Assembly: GCF_036321535.1 (NCBI RefSeq)
Contig: NC_087436.1
Location: forward strand, 56,670,001 to 56,734,000
Direction of reading: 5' to 3'
DNA length: 64,000 nt
Source of the DNA: Camelus dromedarius
Lineage: Eukaryota
The notes beneath the pieces were generated by a model. It had not been told where the DNA came from and made no database searches. It saw only the letters and a program-made list of their open reading frames with translations. Both the position numbers and the translations under genes were made by a program. Below, one piece after another: positions 41,660 through 54,499 of this stretch (its first letter is position 1; each line of letters begins with the position of its first letter).

Positions 41660-43050
41660 ACTGCTCTTTCCTCTACATCTTGGTTGAATTAGAAAGTGGC
41701 AATGAAGGTGGGCAGGGAGGGACATGAATCTGTTCATCTCTTCCTCTCCTTGAAATCCCCTTGTCCCTTCTCTTCCTAGCATCCCAGAAACAGTGATCCT
41801 TACTGCAGTGATACTGTGATGTGCCACCCAGATCACCTGCTTTGGACCAAGGCACCTATCCCTTCCCTCCCCCTATTCCACAGCTAATAATAATAATTTG
41901 GCTTACGGGTCTATGGGAATCACTTTTGGCTACACATATGGGTAGCTGCCTCACCCAACGTCATGTCCCATCCTCAGAGACTGCTTGCACTCCATCACTG
42001 GTTAATGCGGTATTTTGTTTGAAGTCCTCAGGGCCCTGGCTTCAATTTGGGACAATTCTTAAGGATCATCCCATTTGCAGAGATCCTATGGGATCAGCCA
42101 GGGCCTCTGTTGCAACTGACTTCTCTCCCTAATCATGCCTTCTTCACTGCCTCACAGGCAGAAACACTCCCCAATAAACCTGTTACATGCAAACCTGCTT
42201 CTCAGAGTCCATTTCCAGGAAACCCAACGTAGGACTCGAAACTGGAAGTGTCCTAGAACAATTCTATAATGGAGCTGTGGAGGGGGATCGGAGGTGGAAT
42301 ATGAAAGCCTTTGGCACACTGTAGCAAGGCAATTGTTCACCAGCAGTGAAGGAGTACAGGATGCCAGTGGAAGGGAATGGACCGAAGGGTGCTGGGATCT
42401 CAGGCATTTGAGATGTACGGAAGGAAAAGCGATTGTAAGGACCATGGAATCAGATGGCTGTTGCTGGGCGTTACTGATGCACTAGAAAAAGATAAAGAAG
42501 ACACCGATAATTAATCACAAATTTAAAGTGTGAGTAAAAGACTCCTTGGCAGCATAGGAGGCAGCTCATCTCCTGCAGCTGGAGGGTAGAAAATGCTTAG
42601 CACTGGGCTTTGAACTCCATTAGAAAGAGTGAAATCCAGAAGCTTGCATTCTCAAACCTGACACGTGAGCTTGATTACAATGCGCTGATTGGGAAAGATC
42701 TGAGACTTGGGGTAGGAACATCTCAGTCAGTGCATTCAAGACCTTTGACATTCCAGATTCTGCTGAACCCTCTGGGCCTGTAAAAGTGGCCCCCTCCTCT
42801 CCTTTGAAGGCTGACACTCCTAACCTTTCTTAAAGATGACACATAAGTCTGTCTTGCAGGATACATGAACTCCAGAGGATAGGGGATAATCCCTACCAAG
42901 GTTCAGGAGTCTGCAGCATCAGTGACCTTTCTAAAGGGCATGTAGGGAAATCCCTTCAAAAATAAAGGAAAAATTATTTCATCTTCTATCTGCCACCACT
43001 GAGAAAGCATCACAGTGTTTTGTTGGCCTTTGCAGGTTTTGGGAATACCT
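41660..43050 (+). mobile_element. ERVL LTR (LTR16-like) plus internal sequence
   Basis: LTR end cccaataaacc...ccaggaaacccaacgtaggac followed by ERVL-like internal sequence. Confidence 0.65.
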
Positions 43051-43089
43051 TACCAATGCTCAGCTCCAAGGCCCCTTTATAATATACAT

Positions 43090-43620
43090 CATGTGATGCC
43101 CCATTTAGGGTCTATCTAAATTTGCTTCTCCTTCTGTGGTCTTAACCTGGGGCACCATCATAACCCCAGTCACACGAGCTAGCACCTGGGTGTCACCTTT
43201 GACTTCTCCCTTCCCTTACTCCCACATCAACCCAAGCACTAAGATTTTCCAGTTTTACCTCTCCTCCATTCTACTAGCACTGTGCAAGGTTAGGCCATCA
43301 TCACACAGAACAAAAGCAAGCCATCCTGCAGCCAGAGTGAAACCACAGGGCTGTGCATGGGATCGCATGACTCTCCTGATTCAGACTTTTCAGGTGGGAC
43401 TAATGCTTCTGTGTTCATAAATAATGCCCTGTGTGTGTCTCAATTAAGGTCCACACTGTATTACATTATAATTACCTTTTTTTTTTCTTATCTCTGTCCC
43501 CCTAAGCTATAAGCTCCCTGGTGTTAGGGATTATGTTTTATTCAATCACTGTATCCCGAGTGCCTAGCACAGTACGAGACACAGCATAGACAGTCAAACA
43601 TTTACTGAATGAATGAAACA
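43090..43620 (+). mobile_element. L2 3' region
   Basis: ctgtatcccgagtgcctagcacagt...tttactgaatgaatgaa. Confidence 0.8.
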
Positions 43621-44234
43621 TTCATAAGCAGACACAATGTTAACGATTATCTTGATGTGAGTAAAGTAAGAAATGCTTCAATTATGAGATGCAGATTTTG
43701 GTGCTAATTATAAACAATACCAATAAAATGATTGTCCTCCTTTGGAATTATTTTAGTATAGAATAGCTATTTAAATAAATTTAATACATTCTTGACTTTA
43801 AATGAACAACCAAAAAAATTCTTGGCCTGATAACTTCATGAGCTTATTTTCCCTGTTTGAACAATGGAGCTGCTAAAAAAAACAAACAAAATAAAAAACC
43901 CTCTTTTGATCGTAAGAGGAAAGTAGGTTTTCTCATTTATTTAAAAATAGTCATTGAATATCAACCAAGTGCCAAGCAATATGCTAGAAAAGGAGAAAGG
44001 TTAGAAGGCAGGGGAAGGTAATGATGGTGACTAAGATACAGTCTTTTCCTTGGGGTGTTCAAAGGATGACATGGGAAACGGTCATGGAAACAACATTCAC
44101 CATGTACTGTGGCAAGAGTAATGATGAAGTTATGTTCCAAGCATTATGAAAGTGCTGAGAGAGTTGTGATCAATGTGCAGGAGAGGTGGGGAGAGGGCTT
44201 CTAAGATAAACCAAGATTTGAGTTGGATTCAGTT

Positions 44235-44640
44235 ATGATATCAGCTAGGATAGGTGAGGTTAAGCCATGGTAACAAAAAGCACCACAACTTCTGTTGATT
44301 TAACACATACACAAAAATGTCTCTCACATTACACATCAAGGTCTAGTTAGCAGGGAGCTGCTGCTCAACATCGTCACTAGGCGATCAGGTGACAAAGACA
44401 TCATGTCAACACATGCCTTCCTGAGAGCTGCAGCAGGGGGCTGGGGCCAGGGGAGTCAGGACCTCTCATTCCTCTCAATTTCTGCCAGGAAATTTCTGCC
44501 CAATAACGTAGCACATCTGCTCATAACACACTGGAAACTGCAAGTCACAGGACCACATCTGAATTAAAATGGAATGGGGAAGAGCAATCCAACCAAATGC
44601 CTGAAAGCAGGAGAAGCTGATCATCTGTAAACAGCCCTAG
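44235..44640 (-). mobile_element. MLT1-type LTR
   Basis: tcagctaggatagg...gtaacaaa and gcaagtcacaggaccacatct motifs. Confidence 0.6.
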
Positions 44641-45256
44641 AGATTCCCAGTTATTAAGGATGAATGACACTGTAATGTGGAAAAGAGAAGGCGGAACATT
44701 CGAGACAGAAGAAATGGCAGGCACACTGTGACAGAAGTGTGCTGGATGATGGATATGGACAATGACACTTTGTTTACTGCTGGCTGGGGCATTGGCTGTG
44801 CAGCTAGAGCTGTTAGAAAACAGTGCAAAAGATAGGCTGGGGTCATGTTATTAAGGACGTTGTTAGCAGGATGAGGAATTTAGACTTAGCACTTTTTAAA
44901 AGGTTTCAATCAATCCAATCAGTGTATTCCATGGTAACTGGGAGATATTCAAGTAGTACAGACTGGTTAGAACTGCAATGCTTCAAAAAAACAAACTACG
45001 TAAGAGCAAAATAGCTCTGGGTCCTCCCTAACCTGCGTCCGTAGACTCTGGATGCAGGATCTTGGGCTGAACAGGTGTGTGGATGCAGATCACGGCATTC
45101 AGGCTAGAGGTTCTCACACTTCCCATCAGGGAGTTATAGGTCCTGGAAACAGGATGCTTTGAACAGTTAATTCACCCTAGAACAGAAAACCACAATTTCC
45201 CCTGTGGCTTAAGGGTAACCAAGGTTTTGTTTTAAAATTAAAAGAAAATTACTTAC

Positions 45257-45388
45257 GTTAAAGATGCACTAGGGACCATTAGGTACCCATCATTTAAAGC
45301 AAACCAAGCAGAACCCTGAAACTGTTACAATTCCTCCAGAGGATATGTAGCACTGACTTGTACTGTCCATTTTATGGCCTTTTTATGA
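45257..45388 (-). pseudogene. Exon relic N: ..KWTVQVSATYPLEEL*QFQGSAWFALNDGYLMVPSASLT
   Basis: GTAAGT donor; V-set-like FQG...DG.L.V..A pattern; exon starts at 45388 or 45315. Confidence 0.6.
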
Positions 45389-46322
45389 GGAACTTTTGTG
45401 AGGATTCTATATCAAACTCAAAGCTTTTTCCATTCAATCACACAGAGAGGGTCTAACTACATTAAAAAAAACCATAATAATTAACTTATCCTTCCAACAG
45501 ACAATGAGATCCCAGGTTCAAATTCCACTATACCAACTAATACCACATACAGGCTTTTCTTTTTCCATTAGAAACCAAATTTAACAGATAAATCGAGACT
45601 GTATATGGATACCAAAATCCAGTTACTCGTGCATTTATTCACTTAAATTCTAGCAAGGGTCCAAGCTTGATCCCAAACAGGAAATCAAACATGACAAGCA
45701 TGCCTAATCGATAGGTTTTAGGGTCTCTAAGAGCTGGGTGAAAGGTTTTCATGGGCACAGAGAGTCAAGACTAGGAGAAGGGGTCAGCAATCCATTCTGC
45801 TTAAATCTTGGTCCCACTGCACCTGACTGGGCCTTGTGTCGACAGAGGCTGTATCCAGAAGCTGAAGCTGCTGTTTATAAGAACAGGATACAAGCACTGA
45901 CAAGCACTGCTATGTCAGTGCTCAGGTGTCCAAGTGTGTCACAGCACAGAAGCAGAGAGCATGTCCCCCATTTCCACACTAACACACAAGCCATTGGCAC
46001 ATGGTGAGCTCCAGGAAATACAGCACTATTTTTTTTTTTAATACCCAGAGGTAATGCAAGCAAAGCCTTGCAGGAAAGCAAGCAAAGAACTGTTGCACAA
46101 TTCCAGGCAATGCCATTCACATTTCAGCATGTGGAAATGGTGCTCCCTGAGGTTGTACAGGGCATAAACTTTACGGTCCTACACAGACCTACTAGTGGCC
46201 CCGTGCAGAAGACCAGGAGGCTGCAGCTTGGCAGAGATATTAGCACCACCATGTTGAGCCTCTCAAGTGGTTTCTAATTAGCAGAAATCAAGAAGGGGGC
46301 CGAAGTAGAGATCATGACAGAC

Positions 46323-46469
46323 CTGCTTTCCAGTTCAACAAGACGTTCCTTTCCAACTCCCAGAAATCACTGCATGAGACATTCAGGGAGCTTGAAGGTC
46401 CCGTAACAAGAGTACAGAATGAGTTATTGCTGTTAGTGCAACAGTTGGAGGCCTCAAGGATCTTGGGTT
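46323..46469 (-). pseudogene. Exon relic M (147 nt, fully open): EPKILEASNCCTNSNNSFCTLVTGPSSSLNVSCSDFWELERNVLLNWKA
   Basis: ctag acceptor, cag|GTCTGT donor; symmetric phase 1-1; part of ORF 46312..46566; Ig B-strand Cys and C-strand Trp spacing. Confidence 0.75.
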
Positions 46470-47292
46470 CTAGTGTGTTAAAAAAATATATATATCTATT
46501 TATTGAGCACCTCATATGCCAGAGTACTGTGCTATACATTTCTCCAAGAGCCTTGTCAAGAAACATAATTATCAGTCAATGCATTTCACCCTGGATGTCC
46601 GTAATCACAGATTTTCCTCTATATAGCATCTCATTCTATGTTTCCCTCATTCTGAATAACAGCCATGTCTCGGGGGTGGGGGACAGCGGGGGGGGGGGAG
46701 TACACACACGTTCAGGTTTTTCTTGCTCTCTTCATATTTTTATTTAAACAGAAATAAATACTAAAATCCCCATGGGTGCTCTTTTTTCCTGACTATATCC
46801 AGCATGAGTGAAAAAAACCGAAAAGATTTTCTCTTTCCTTCCAAATTCCAAGTGGTATTAAAAAAGAAAAAGTTCCAATAAACATTGGTGGTGTGGCCAG
46901 GTTTGGTGGAGGCATAATCTTTGCTTTTGTGTTGCAATTTATTGCCTACCTCTAATTTGGTCTACGCACAGAACATCACTGCCAAAGTGGAGATGCTGAG
47001 AAAGGAGAGACTAATTCAGATACCTTTTACCCTCAAAGCCATTTTACATTTTGCCCTCAAAATCACTCTACATTAAGTATTAAGATCGTTTAATACAGGT
47101 ATCATCTCCCCTTAAATGTTCTTATTTGTCCTTGGACTCTGATTACTTACAAGAATTTAACTAAACCTATGAAAATGCCTCATAGAAATGATTTACTCTC
47201 GACATATGTAAAATCTCCACTTTACTTTGAAGTCCAGTTTCAGTGCTACAAACCAATACAACATAAAAACAAGAAAAAAAAAATCAGGAAAC

Positions 47293-47488
47293 TCTGCCAG
47301 CAGAGTCAACTTTCCCCGACAAGATCCAAATATTCCAGGTTCACAGTACACATAAAACCTTTAATACTGTTGCATTGGAAAGGATATTTCCAGTGATCCA
47401 CCCATCTTTTTTTAACCTTTAAATATCATAATCCCCTGGATCATGCTCCGCACGCGAGTTCTCACTCTGGACATGAAACTGTTAAGCC
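47293..47488 (-). pseudogene. Exon relic L (Ig-like?): GLTVSCPE*...YLKVKKRWVDHW...
   Basis: cacttag acceptor; L-x-V-S-C motif parallels LNVSC in M; donor weak. Confidence 0.45.
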
Positions 47489-47625
47489 CTAAGTGACAGA
47501 CTGTTTCAGAAGGAGCAGCTCAACTTAATAAATTCATTTCCTCATATAGATTGACGTTTGAAGACTGCCCCTCCCTCCTCAGGACTCAGCCTCTAGACTA
47601 AGCTAATGTTTAAGCAGCAGTTTAC

Positions 47626-47791
47626 CTGGGACTCTGACAAAAGTTACATCAGAGGGCCTTTGTTAAATGTCCTTTCAGAGGTGATAAATGAAAAAGCACT
47701 TTAACAGAAATTGATTTAAGCAAAACTCTTGGCCCACTTAAAGCTTTTTCTCACACCATTCTCTCCACTGATGTAAAGTCCAGGTTGACAA
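47626..47791 (-). pseudogene. Exon relic K (second half of sushi 2): CQPGLYISGENGVRKSFKW...
   Basis: cctttcttag acceptor, cag|GTAAAC donor; phase-2 start completes J; matches sushi C-x-x-G-[YFL]-x-x-x-G. Confidence 0.7.
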
Positions 47792-48778
47792 CTAAGAAAG
47801 GACAGTGACATTTTAGAGGCAAAAAATATTTCTTACAATGTAATAAAGATGATACTGAGAACTGAGATTTCCGTAAAACTGTTTTGCTTGATCTAATGAT
47901 CAAATGAGGCTATTTGAGTGTATTCCAAGCCATCAGTTGGCTTAGGTTTTAGTCATTAGAATTCATTCATCTTCATGAACATTACTTAACTCATATCTAT
48001 TTAGAGGTAACCACTCATTTTTTATGAGTAAGTTTGCTTGCTTTTTAGATAGTGGAACTCATTTTTGTTTGCTATAAAGAATATAATTTAATAAGTGTTA
48101 GTGACTGTCATTTTTTTTTTTTAAACCAGGGCTTATTTGACACCTGGAAAAGTCATCTCTCAGTTTTAAATTTTTGATGGAAAAGCACTTACATTTTAAG
48201 TAATGTTTCAATTATACTTCCCATGAGTCTTGTGGAAGTAAATCCAAGTTCTTGTTGCTCCTTAACACCTACTTCCAAGCGTAGACTTAATGAAGGACTG
48301 AATATGATAATATCATACCCAAATACTTAAGGTGAAAAATAGCAGCTATGCTTCTGGCTTCAACTATGCTAACCACTGTTTTACTGTTTACGATTAAACG
48401 GAATGGTCAATTTAATACAAAAAAAAAAAAAAAAACCACTATGGTCAGATCAGTTACAATAGTTAAATTGTTTAACAGTATCATCCACATTTATATTAGT
48501 CAAGGTTTTCAAAACTTTAATTATGAGATCTTTCTTTTACCAGTTAAGGAAATTTTCAATCTTAAAAAGAACATAGGATAAGTGATAAATGAACAGTAAG
48601 GAAATTACTGAGAAATTGATGCCCGATGTTGTACAAGAACAGAGAGGGTTACGTTACAATGGACAGTTGCTATAGCCTGGTTTAGACAACATAAAAATCA
48701 TAATTTAAATGTTTTCTTACAATAGAAAACATGTGAATGGGCTGCTGTATTCTCAAGTAAACTGGCATAAACATGCTT

Positions 48779-48867
48779 GTATATTCTATAAAAGGTGCCA
48801 GGATCCAAAGGGCTAGTTGTGGCAGGTGTAGGATTCACGGCCAATTTTGTGGTTTATCACATCTCCC
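48779..48867 (-). pseudogene. Exon relic J (first half of sushi 2): GRCDKPQNWP[fs]NPTPATTSPLDPGT[fs]FIEYT
   Basis: tttcctgtaag acceptor; C-x-x-P and G-T-x-I-E-Y motifs; the donor GT appears lost (ac|aagc). Confidence 0.6.
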
Positions 48868-49139
48868 CTTACAGGAAATGAAAGTGTAAAAAAAAGCAGA
48901 AGCTGTGAATATGGTCAAGGGCAATTGATGCTTATAAGTGCATAGTTAACTTTCCTGACTAGCGTTTAACAACCTTGCCTGTATCATTACAAACTGAAAT
49001 CACTTCTACAGACAATTTTGTCGTAATATAGTGCCGAGTCCAAACTTTATTTTGGAGGGTGGCTAAAGACAGGGCAAGCAGGGTAAGAAACCCAGCCCAA
49101 CTTAATAAAATGTGTATAGAAATAGTTTAAGAAAGTAAA

Positions 49140-49356
49140 TTTTTTAAATTCTTATTTTATTGAAGTGTAGTCAATCTACAATGTGACTTTCAGATAAATA
49201 GCAAAGTACTTCAGTTATACATATACATGCATATATTTTTCACATTCTTTTTCATTATAGGTTATTACAAGGTATTCAGTATAGTTCCCTATGCTACACA
49301 GTAGAAACTTGTTGTCTATTTTATATATAGTAATATGTATCTATTAATCCCAAACT
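49140..49356 (-). mobile_element. 5'-truncated L1 3' end (cetartiodactyl-type)
   Basis: ttattgaagtgtagtc...ttcattataggttattacaag...atagttccctatgctacacagtag...taatcccaaact. Confidence 0.85.
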
Positions 49357-50212
49357 TAAGTAAATTTTGGTTATTCTCAGGTGTATATATAATAAAAAAT
49401 TTAAACTGAATTAGACAGTGCTAGTCTTTGATGATTACAATGAGAAAAAAAATCAAATATGCTTTAATGAGCACAAAAAAGGCAAATTTGTAGTTTAGGG
49501 GAAAAAAATGTTAACAGGGCCATTGAGCATGATTGTGCAGGTTGTGGCCTGCACAAGGGCGCCCAGACCAGAAGACCAGGAGGAGATGAAATCCAGTGGG
49601 CACTACTCTTGTCAAGCCATATACCCTGATGGGACCCCGTGTCTGCCAGGAGAGGGGGCTCCTTTTTCTGATTCTTACAAAGGCACCCTTCGGACAAGCA
49701 GGGGCCTTGCATTAAAGAGAATGCTCAGTGTTTCCTAGGGCTCAGGAAAATAGCTCACATATACCGCTATAGGAGTAAAGTTGGTACAGATTGTCTGAAA
49801 GGCAATTTAGAAACATGTATAAGCCCCAACATGTTCCATATCCTTCGATTCTTCGTGTCTCATCTTTAGGAATTTATTTTACGGTGAATTGTTGTGGTGG
49901 TTTTTAAAGTATGTCCATAAAATTTTTAAAAATATTCCTCTCCTCTTGAACATGGACCAGATTTAGTGAGGACTCATTTCTAACAGACACAACATGGCAG
50001 AAGGGCTGCTCTACCAATTCTAAGGCTAAATCACAAGAACAGCTTCGGTCTGGCTTTCTGGCAGATCGTTTGCTTTGGGACATGGTCAGCTGCCATTGTG
50101 TACCCCAGGGGGAGGAACTGAGGTCTACTGCCAAAACCCAACACTAACTTGCCGGCCATGAGAGTGAGCCATGAAAGTCAAACCTGCAGCCTCTGGCAAG
50201 ACTTCGGAGGAT

Positions 50213-51418
50213 TTTTCAGTAAGTGGTGCTGAGAGAACTAAACAGCCAAGTGCAAAAGAATGAAACTGGACCCCTACCTGACACTACACACAAAAGTCAA
50301 TGCAAAATAGGTTAAAGACTTGAACATAAGATCTGAAACCATAAAAATCCTACAAGAAAACAGTAAGTTCCTTAACATCAGTCTTGGGAATGATTCTTTT
50401 TGGATTTGACACCAAAGGCAACAAAAGCAAAAACAAATGGGACAACATCAAACTAAAAAGCTTCTGCACAGCAAAGGAAACTATCAACAAAATGAAAAGG
50501 AAACCTATGAAATGGGAGAAAATATTTGCAAATCATGTATCTAATGAAGGGTTAATATCCAAAATATATAAAGAATTCATACAGCTCGATAGCAAAAGAA
50601 CATAAACAATTAAATTTAAAAGTGGGCAGAGAAAGTCTTTCTTAAAAACACATACAAATGGTCCACAGGTACATAAAAATGTATTCAGCATCACTCATCA
50701 TCAGGGAAAGGCAAATCAAGGCCACAATGACATACCAGCTCACACCTGTTAGGATGGCTGCCATCAAAAGGCAAGAGATAACAAGTGTTAGTGAAGATGT
50801 GGAGAACAGGGAACCCTTGTGAACTGTTGGTGGGAATGTAAATTGGTGCAACCCCTATGGAAAACAGTATGGAGGTTTCTCAAAAATTGAGATTAGAACT
50901 ACCATGTATTCCAATAATCCCACTCCTGGGTATATATTCAAAGGACATAAAAACAGGATGGCAAAGAGATAGTTGTCCTTCCATGTTCATTGCAGTACTA
51001 TTCACAATATCCAAGATACAGAAACAACAAGCATCTGTCAGTAAATGAATGAATGGATAAAGAAGATGTGGTATATATTAAATGGAATATTATCCAGCCA
51101 TTAAAAAGGACATCCTGCCATTTGCAACAACATAGGTGGATCTTGAGGACATTATGCTAAGTGAAAGAAGTCAGAGAAAGACAAATGCCATCTGATCTCA
51201 CTTATGTGTGAGATGATATAAAAGAGCTAAGCTCAAAGAAACCCACTAGAATGGTAGTTACCAGGGGCCTGGGGTAGAGGGTGTGGGTAGAGGGGGTAGG
51301 AAGGAGTAATGCTGGTCAAAGAGTACAAATTTCCAGTTATGAGGAAGTTCTGGGGATCTATGTACAACCCAGTGACTATAGTTAATAATGCTATATTGTT
51401 TATTCCCCCCTCAGTAAA
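50213..51418 (+). mobile_element. L1 (end of ORF2 + 3' UTR) inserted in an MLT1 LTR
   Basis: ORF 50384..50605 [22 protein letters not shown] is L1 ORF2p C-terminal sequence; MLT1 halves at ~49905-50212 and ~51419-51595. Confidence 0.92.
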
Positions 51419-53109
51419 AAGACTTTGGATGACTACAGCCTCAGCTGACATCTTGACAACAACCTATGAAAGACCATGAACCACAACCACTCAGTATGCC
51501 TCTGATTCTTGACCCATAGAAAATATAATAAATGTTTGTTGTTTTAAGCCTATAAGTGTGGGATAATATGTTAATGCAGCAATAGACAATGCAGATATAT
51601 ACAAAGCTTTGACTACATGGATATGTATTGTAATCCTGTCTTACAAAGAGTAAGAAAAAATTTAAACATTCAATATCAAAAGTGAATAGAGTATTATATG
51701 ACTATCCATAAGATGAACTAAGAGGTAGACATTAAAAATTATATTCTAAGTAAGATTTATGAACATAGAGTATTTTACTATTAAGCAAAAAATTTATAAA
51801 CTGTTAGGCACAATATAATTCTATTTTGTAAAAAATATTTCTATATATTTGTCTCTAAAAAAGACTGGAAGACTAAAATAAAATATTGGCAGCAATTATC
51901 TATGAGTGATATTGAATTAAAGTTTTTTTTCCTTTCCCTGCTGGTCTATACTTTAAATTTTCTGCAATAAGCATGTGTTAGTTTTGTCAAAAAACGTTTT
52001 AAGAAGCTGGGGTTGCAGAGCAAGTTAAATTACTACAACAATGGAATTCTGATACTCCCGATGTGTCGATTCCCTCTACAGTATTCCTTATGTTCAACCC
52101 CTCTAGTGAGATGGAAACTTACAGTCCCCCAAAATGGCCCATTCCATCATGAAGCAGCTTTGACTAAGGGAAAGTTGTTTTGTATGATCTGAAATTAGTT
52201 GTCCTATAACTTCCGAAGTTTGAGAGAGAACATATCCTATGTGTGATATAATTTGTGAAGAATTAAAGGAAAATTTTCTCTCTTCTTCTACATGTAAACT
52301 TTCATCAGTGAAGCAGATCTTATTAACTTTTAGTCACATCTTTATATTATCAATAAATCCAGACCTTACTGTCAAATAAAAACCACAACATTTTTTCCCC
52401 AATTTTGACACACGCACTTTACACGCAGCCTCAACTTAATAAAAACAGGCACTCATGCAGAAAGAGTTTTCAAGTATTTTGGACAAGTAAAGGACTTTAG
52501 TCATTTAAAAGGATTTAATATTTAGTAAGATGGGTCCTAGGAATCCAGATTCTTAAAACACCTTTTTCAGATGACTCTAAATCTCAAATTGCACTTTGAA
52601 AAACACTGAGGGTTTTGTAAAAGTTACAGCGCCTTGTCTCAGAAAAATACTCAAACTTTGCACACAATTTTAGGGGTTTTGTGGACTTTCAAATCCATTA
52701 TTTGTCCTCTAAGCAGATGGTGCATGGGTCCATTTGGGGTGTCTTACTTTTCAGCATAATTTACTTCTTGACTGTTCAGACTCACTCCTTTCAACCTATT
52801 CCATATCATGGCACATACAGAAAATGACCTCTGTTGTCGTGCTAAGCAGACAAAGCTGAAGGCAGGTTGTTCCAGCTTTTCAGACTCCGCCTAGGCGCCA
52901 AGAGGAATCAGTATTACTGCCGATGTGTAACCTGTAACACTTGCAGGACCCAGTATTTGGAAAACATTGGCAGAAACCAAATATTTTAAAGTACAGAACC
53001 AAAATAAATATTTTTAAATAAACTATGTTAAGTTATACAAGAATAAAAAAAAGACACCTAGATCTTTTAAAAAAACAGGATGCACAATATATTAAAGAAC
53101 GGCATGGAC

Positions 53110-53402
53110 TCTTAAACGGACCGCAGAGAGGCATTAAAACCCAAGTGTAAAGCAGTTCTCAGGAATCTTTAGTAAACACTGATCAGTGCCTAGTATGCAC
53201 CAGATATTTTTCAAGTGCTTAATAAGCTCCCAAAGGTCAAAGATTTGAGAAAAGGACAAGATGAAGAAAAATAGGCATGTTTATATGATTTGAATTTATA
53301 AATAGAAAGTTTGGACCAATGGAGACAATCTGAGTAAACTCGCTGAGCAATTTAGCCAGGTGACATGTCTATCATAGTTTCAAAATTTTAGGAAATGTTG
53401 AC
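53110..53402 (-). pseudogene. Exon relic I (Ig-like, ~290 nt): GQHFLKF*NYDRHVTWLNCSASLLRLS...LGTDQCLLKIPENCFTLGF
   Basis: ttcttcag acceptor, phase 1; B- and F-strand-like Cys in one frame; donor uncertain. Confidence 0.65.
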
Positions 53403-54499
53403 CTGAAGAACAGAATCAGAGACTTCTGGTTTAAGGTGGTAGATTGGAAAGAATTCTCCACGGCTGAATACTTAAAAGTTAGCCATAATAAAAATAAGAA
53501 GATTACCTAACATTAAGTGCTCAGCATATGCCAGAGACTGTTTTAAAAGCTTTACTTCTATTAACTGATTTAATCTTAGCAACAATCCTTTGAGAAAGAT
53601 ATTAGGCCGACTGGGAAACTAACACTATGGAAGCTAAATACCTGATTCCAAGTCTCAGAATGAGCAAGTAGCAGAGACTTGAAGCCAGGCAGTGTGTTCG
53701 CGTCTTAATGCACTCTACTAAAGCTGCCTTTTGTAGTTAAAAAAGTGTGAAATTCAACAAAAAGAAAAATTCGTCAAACCACCAAATAAGGGAAGAGGCA
53801 TAATCAACTGCAATAAGAAACAACTGATTTTGGAATGAAGTAATGATGAAAGACATAACTTGGCTCAGAATCCAGCCCTCAGCTTTCTGGAAACCATGAT
53901 GGTGGGTTCACAAAAATCCAAGAATTCCCACAAAAACTTCCAAATATGGGGAAAAGGAAATTGAGTTGGTTTTATTATCCAATTCCTCTTCTGACTGAGG
54001 AACAGTGGCAAGGGACTAAAGGGGAGAAATGGGTGAGACAGAAAACAATCCAAAGCCCAAGAGAACTCCACAGTGTAAGCGGTATTGAGTCCTAATTAAC
54101 TGAAGTGAACTCTTGTACAGGATATGTAATAAAATCTCAGGAAAAAAGTACCGGACCCCAGGTCATCTAACACAGCCTGCACACTACTCCCGTCCCCTAC
54201 CACTGCTTTACGGCACAGAAAAACAGGGTAATAGCATATAGAGTCTCAAGCTGTATGTGCGAAGTGGAAAAAAAATCCAAACCCTCAGTTACTAGAGAAA
54301 GAAATCGCTCCCACACGATCTGAGCAGGTAGAGTGGAGAGACACTCAGGCATGAACAATACAAGAAACAGCACAGCAACTCCACAACATGCAAACATTAA
54401 AATGGCAAGGAACAACAACCACCGCCCAAAGTGAGGCAAGAGGATAGGAACAAACCATTCAAAAGACAGGAAAGAAAGAAAAGTTCAGAACAAAGGAGA

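Noticed and set aside
47626..47791. TNFR- or ephrin-receptor-type Cys-rich repeat (CQPG..Y)
   Set aside because: Joined with the upstream exon (GTFIEYT), it fits a sushi consensus better.
50384..51048. ORFs with protein-like composition
   Set aside because: L1 ORF2 remnants, not host genes.
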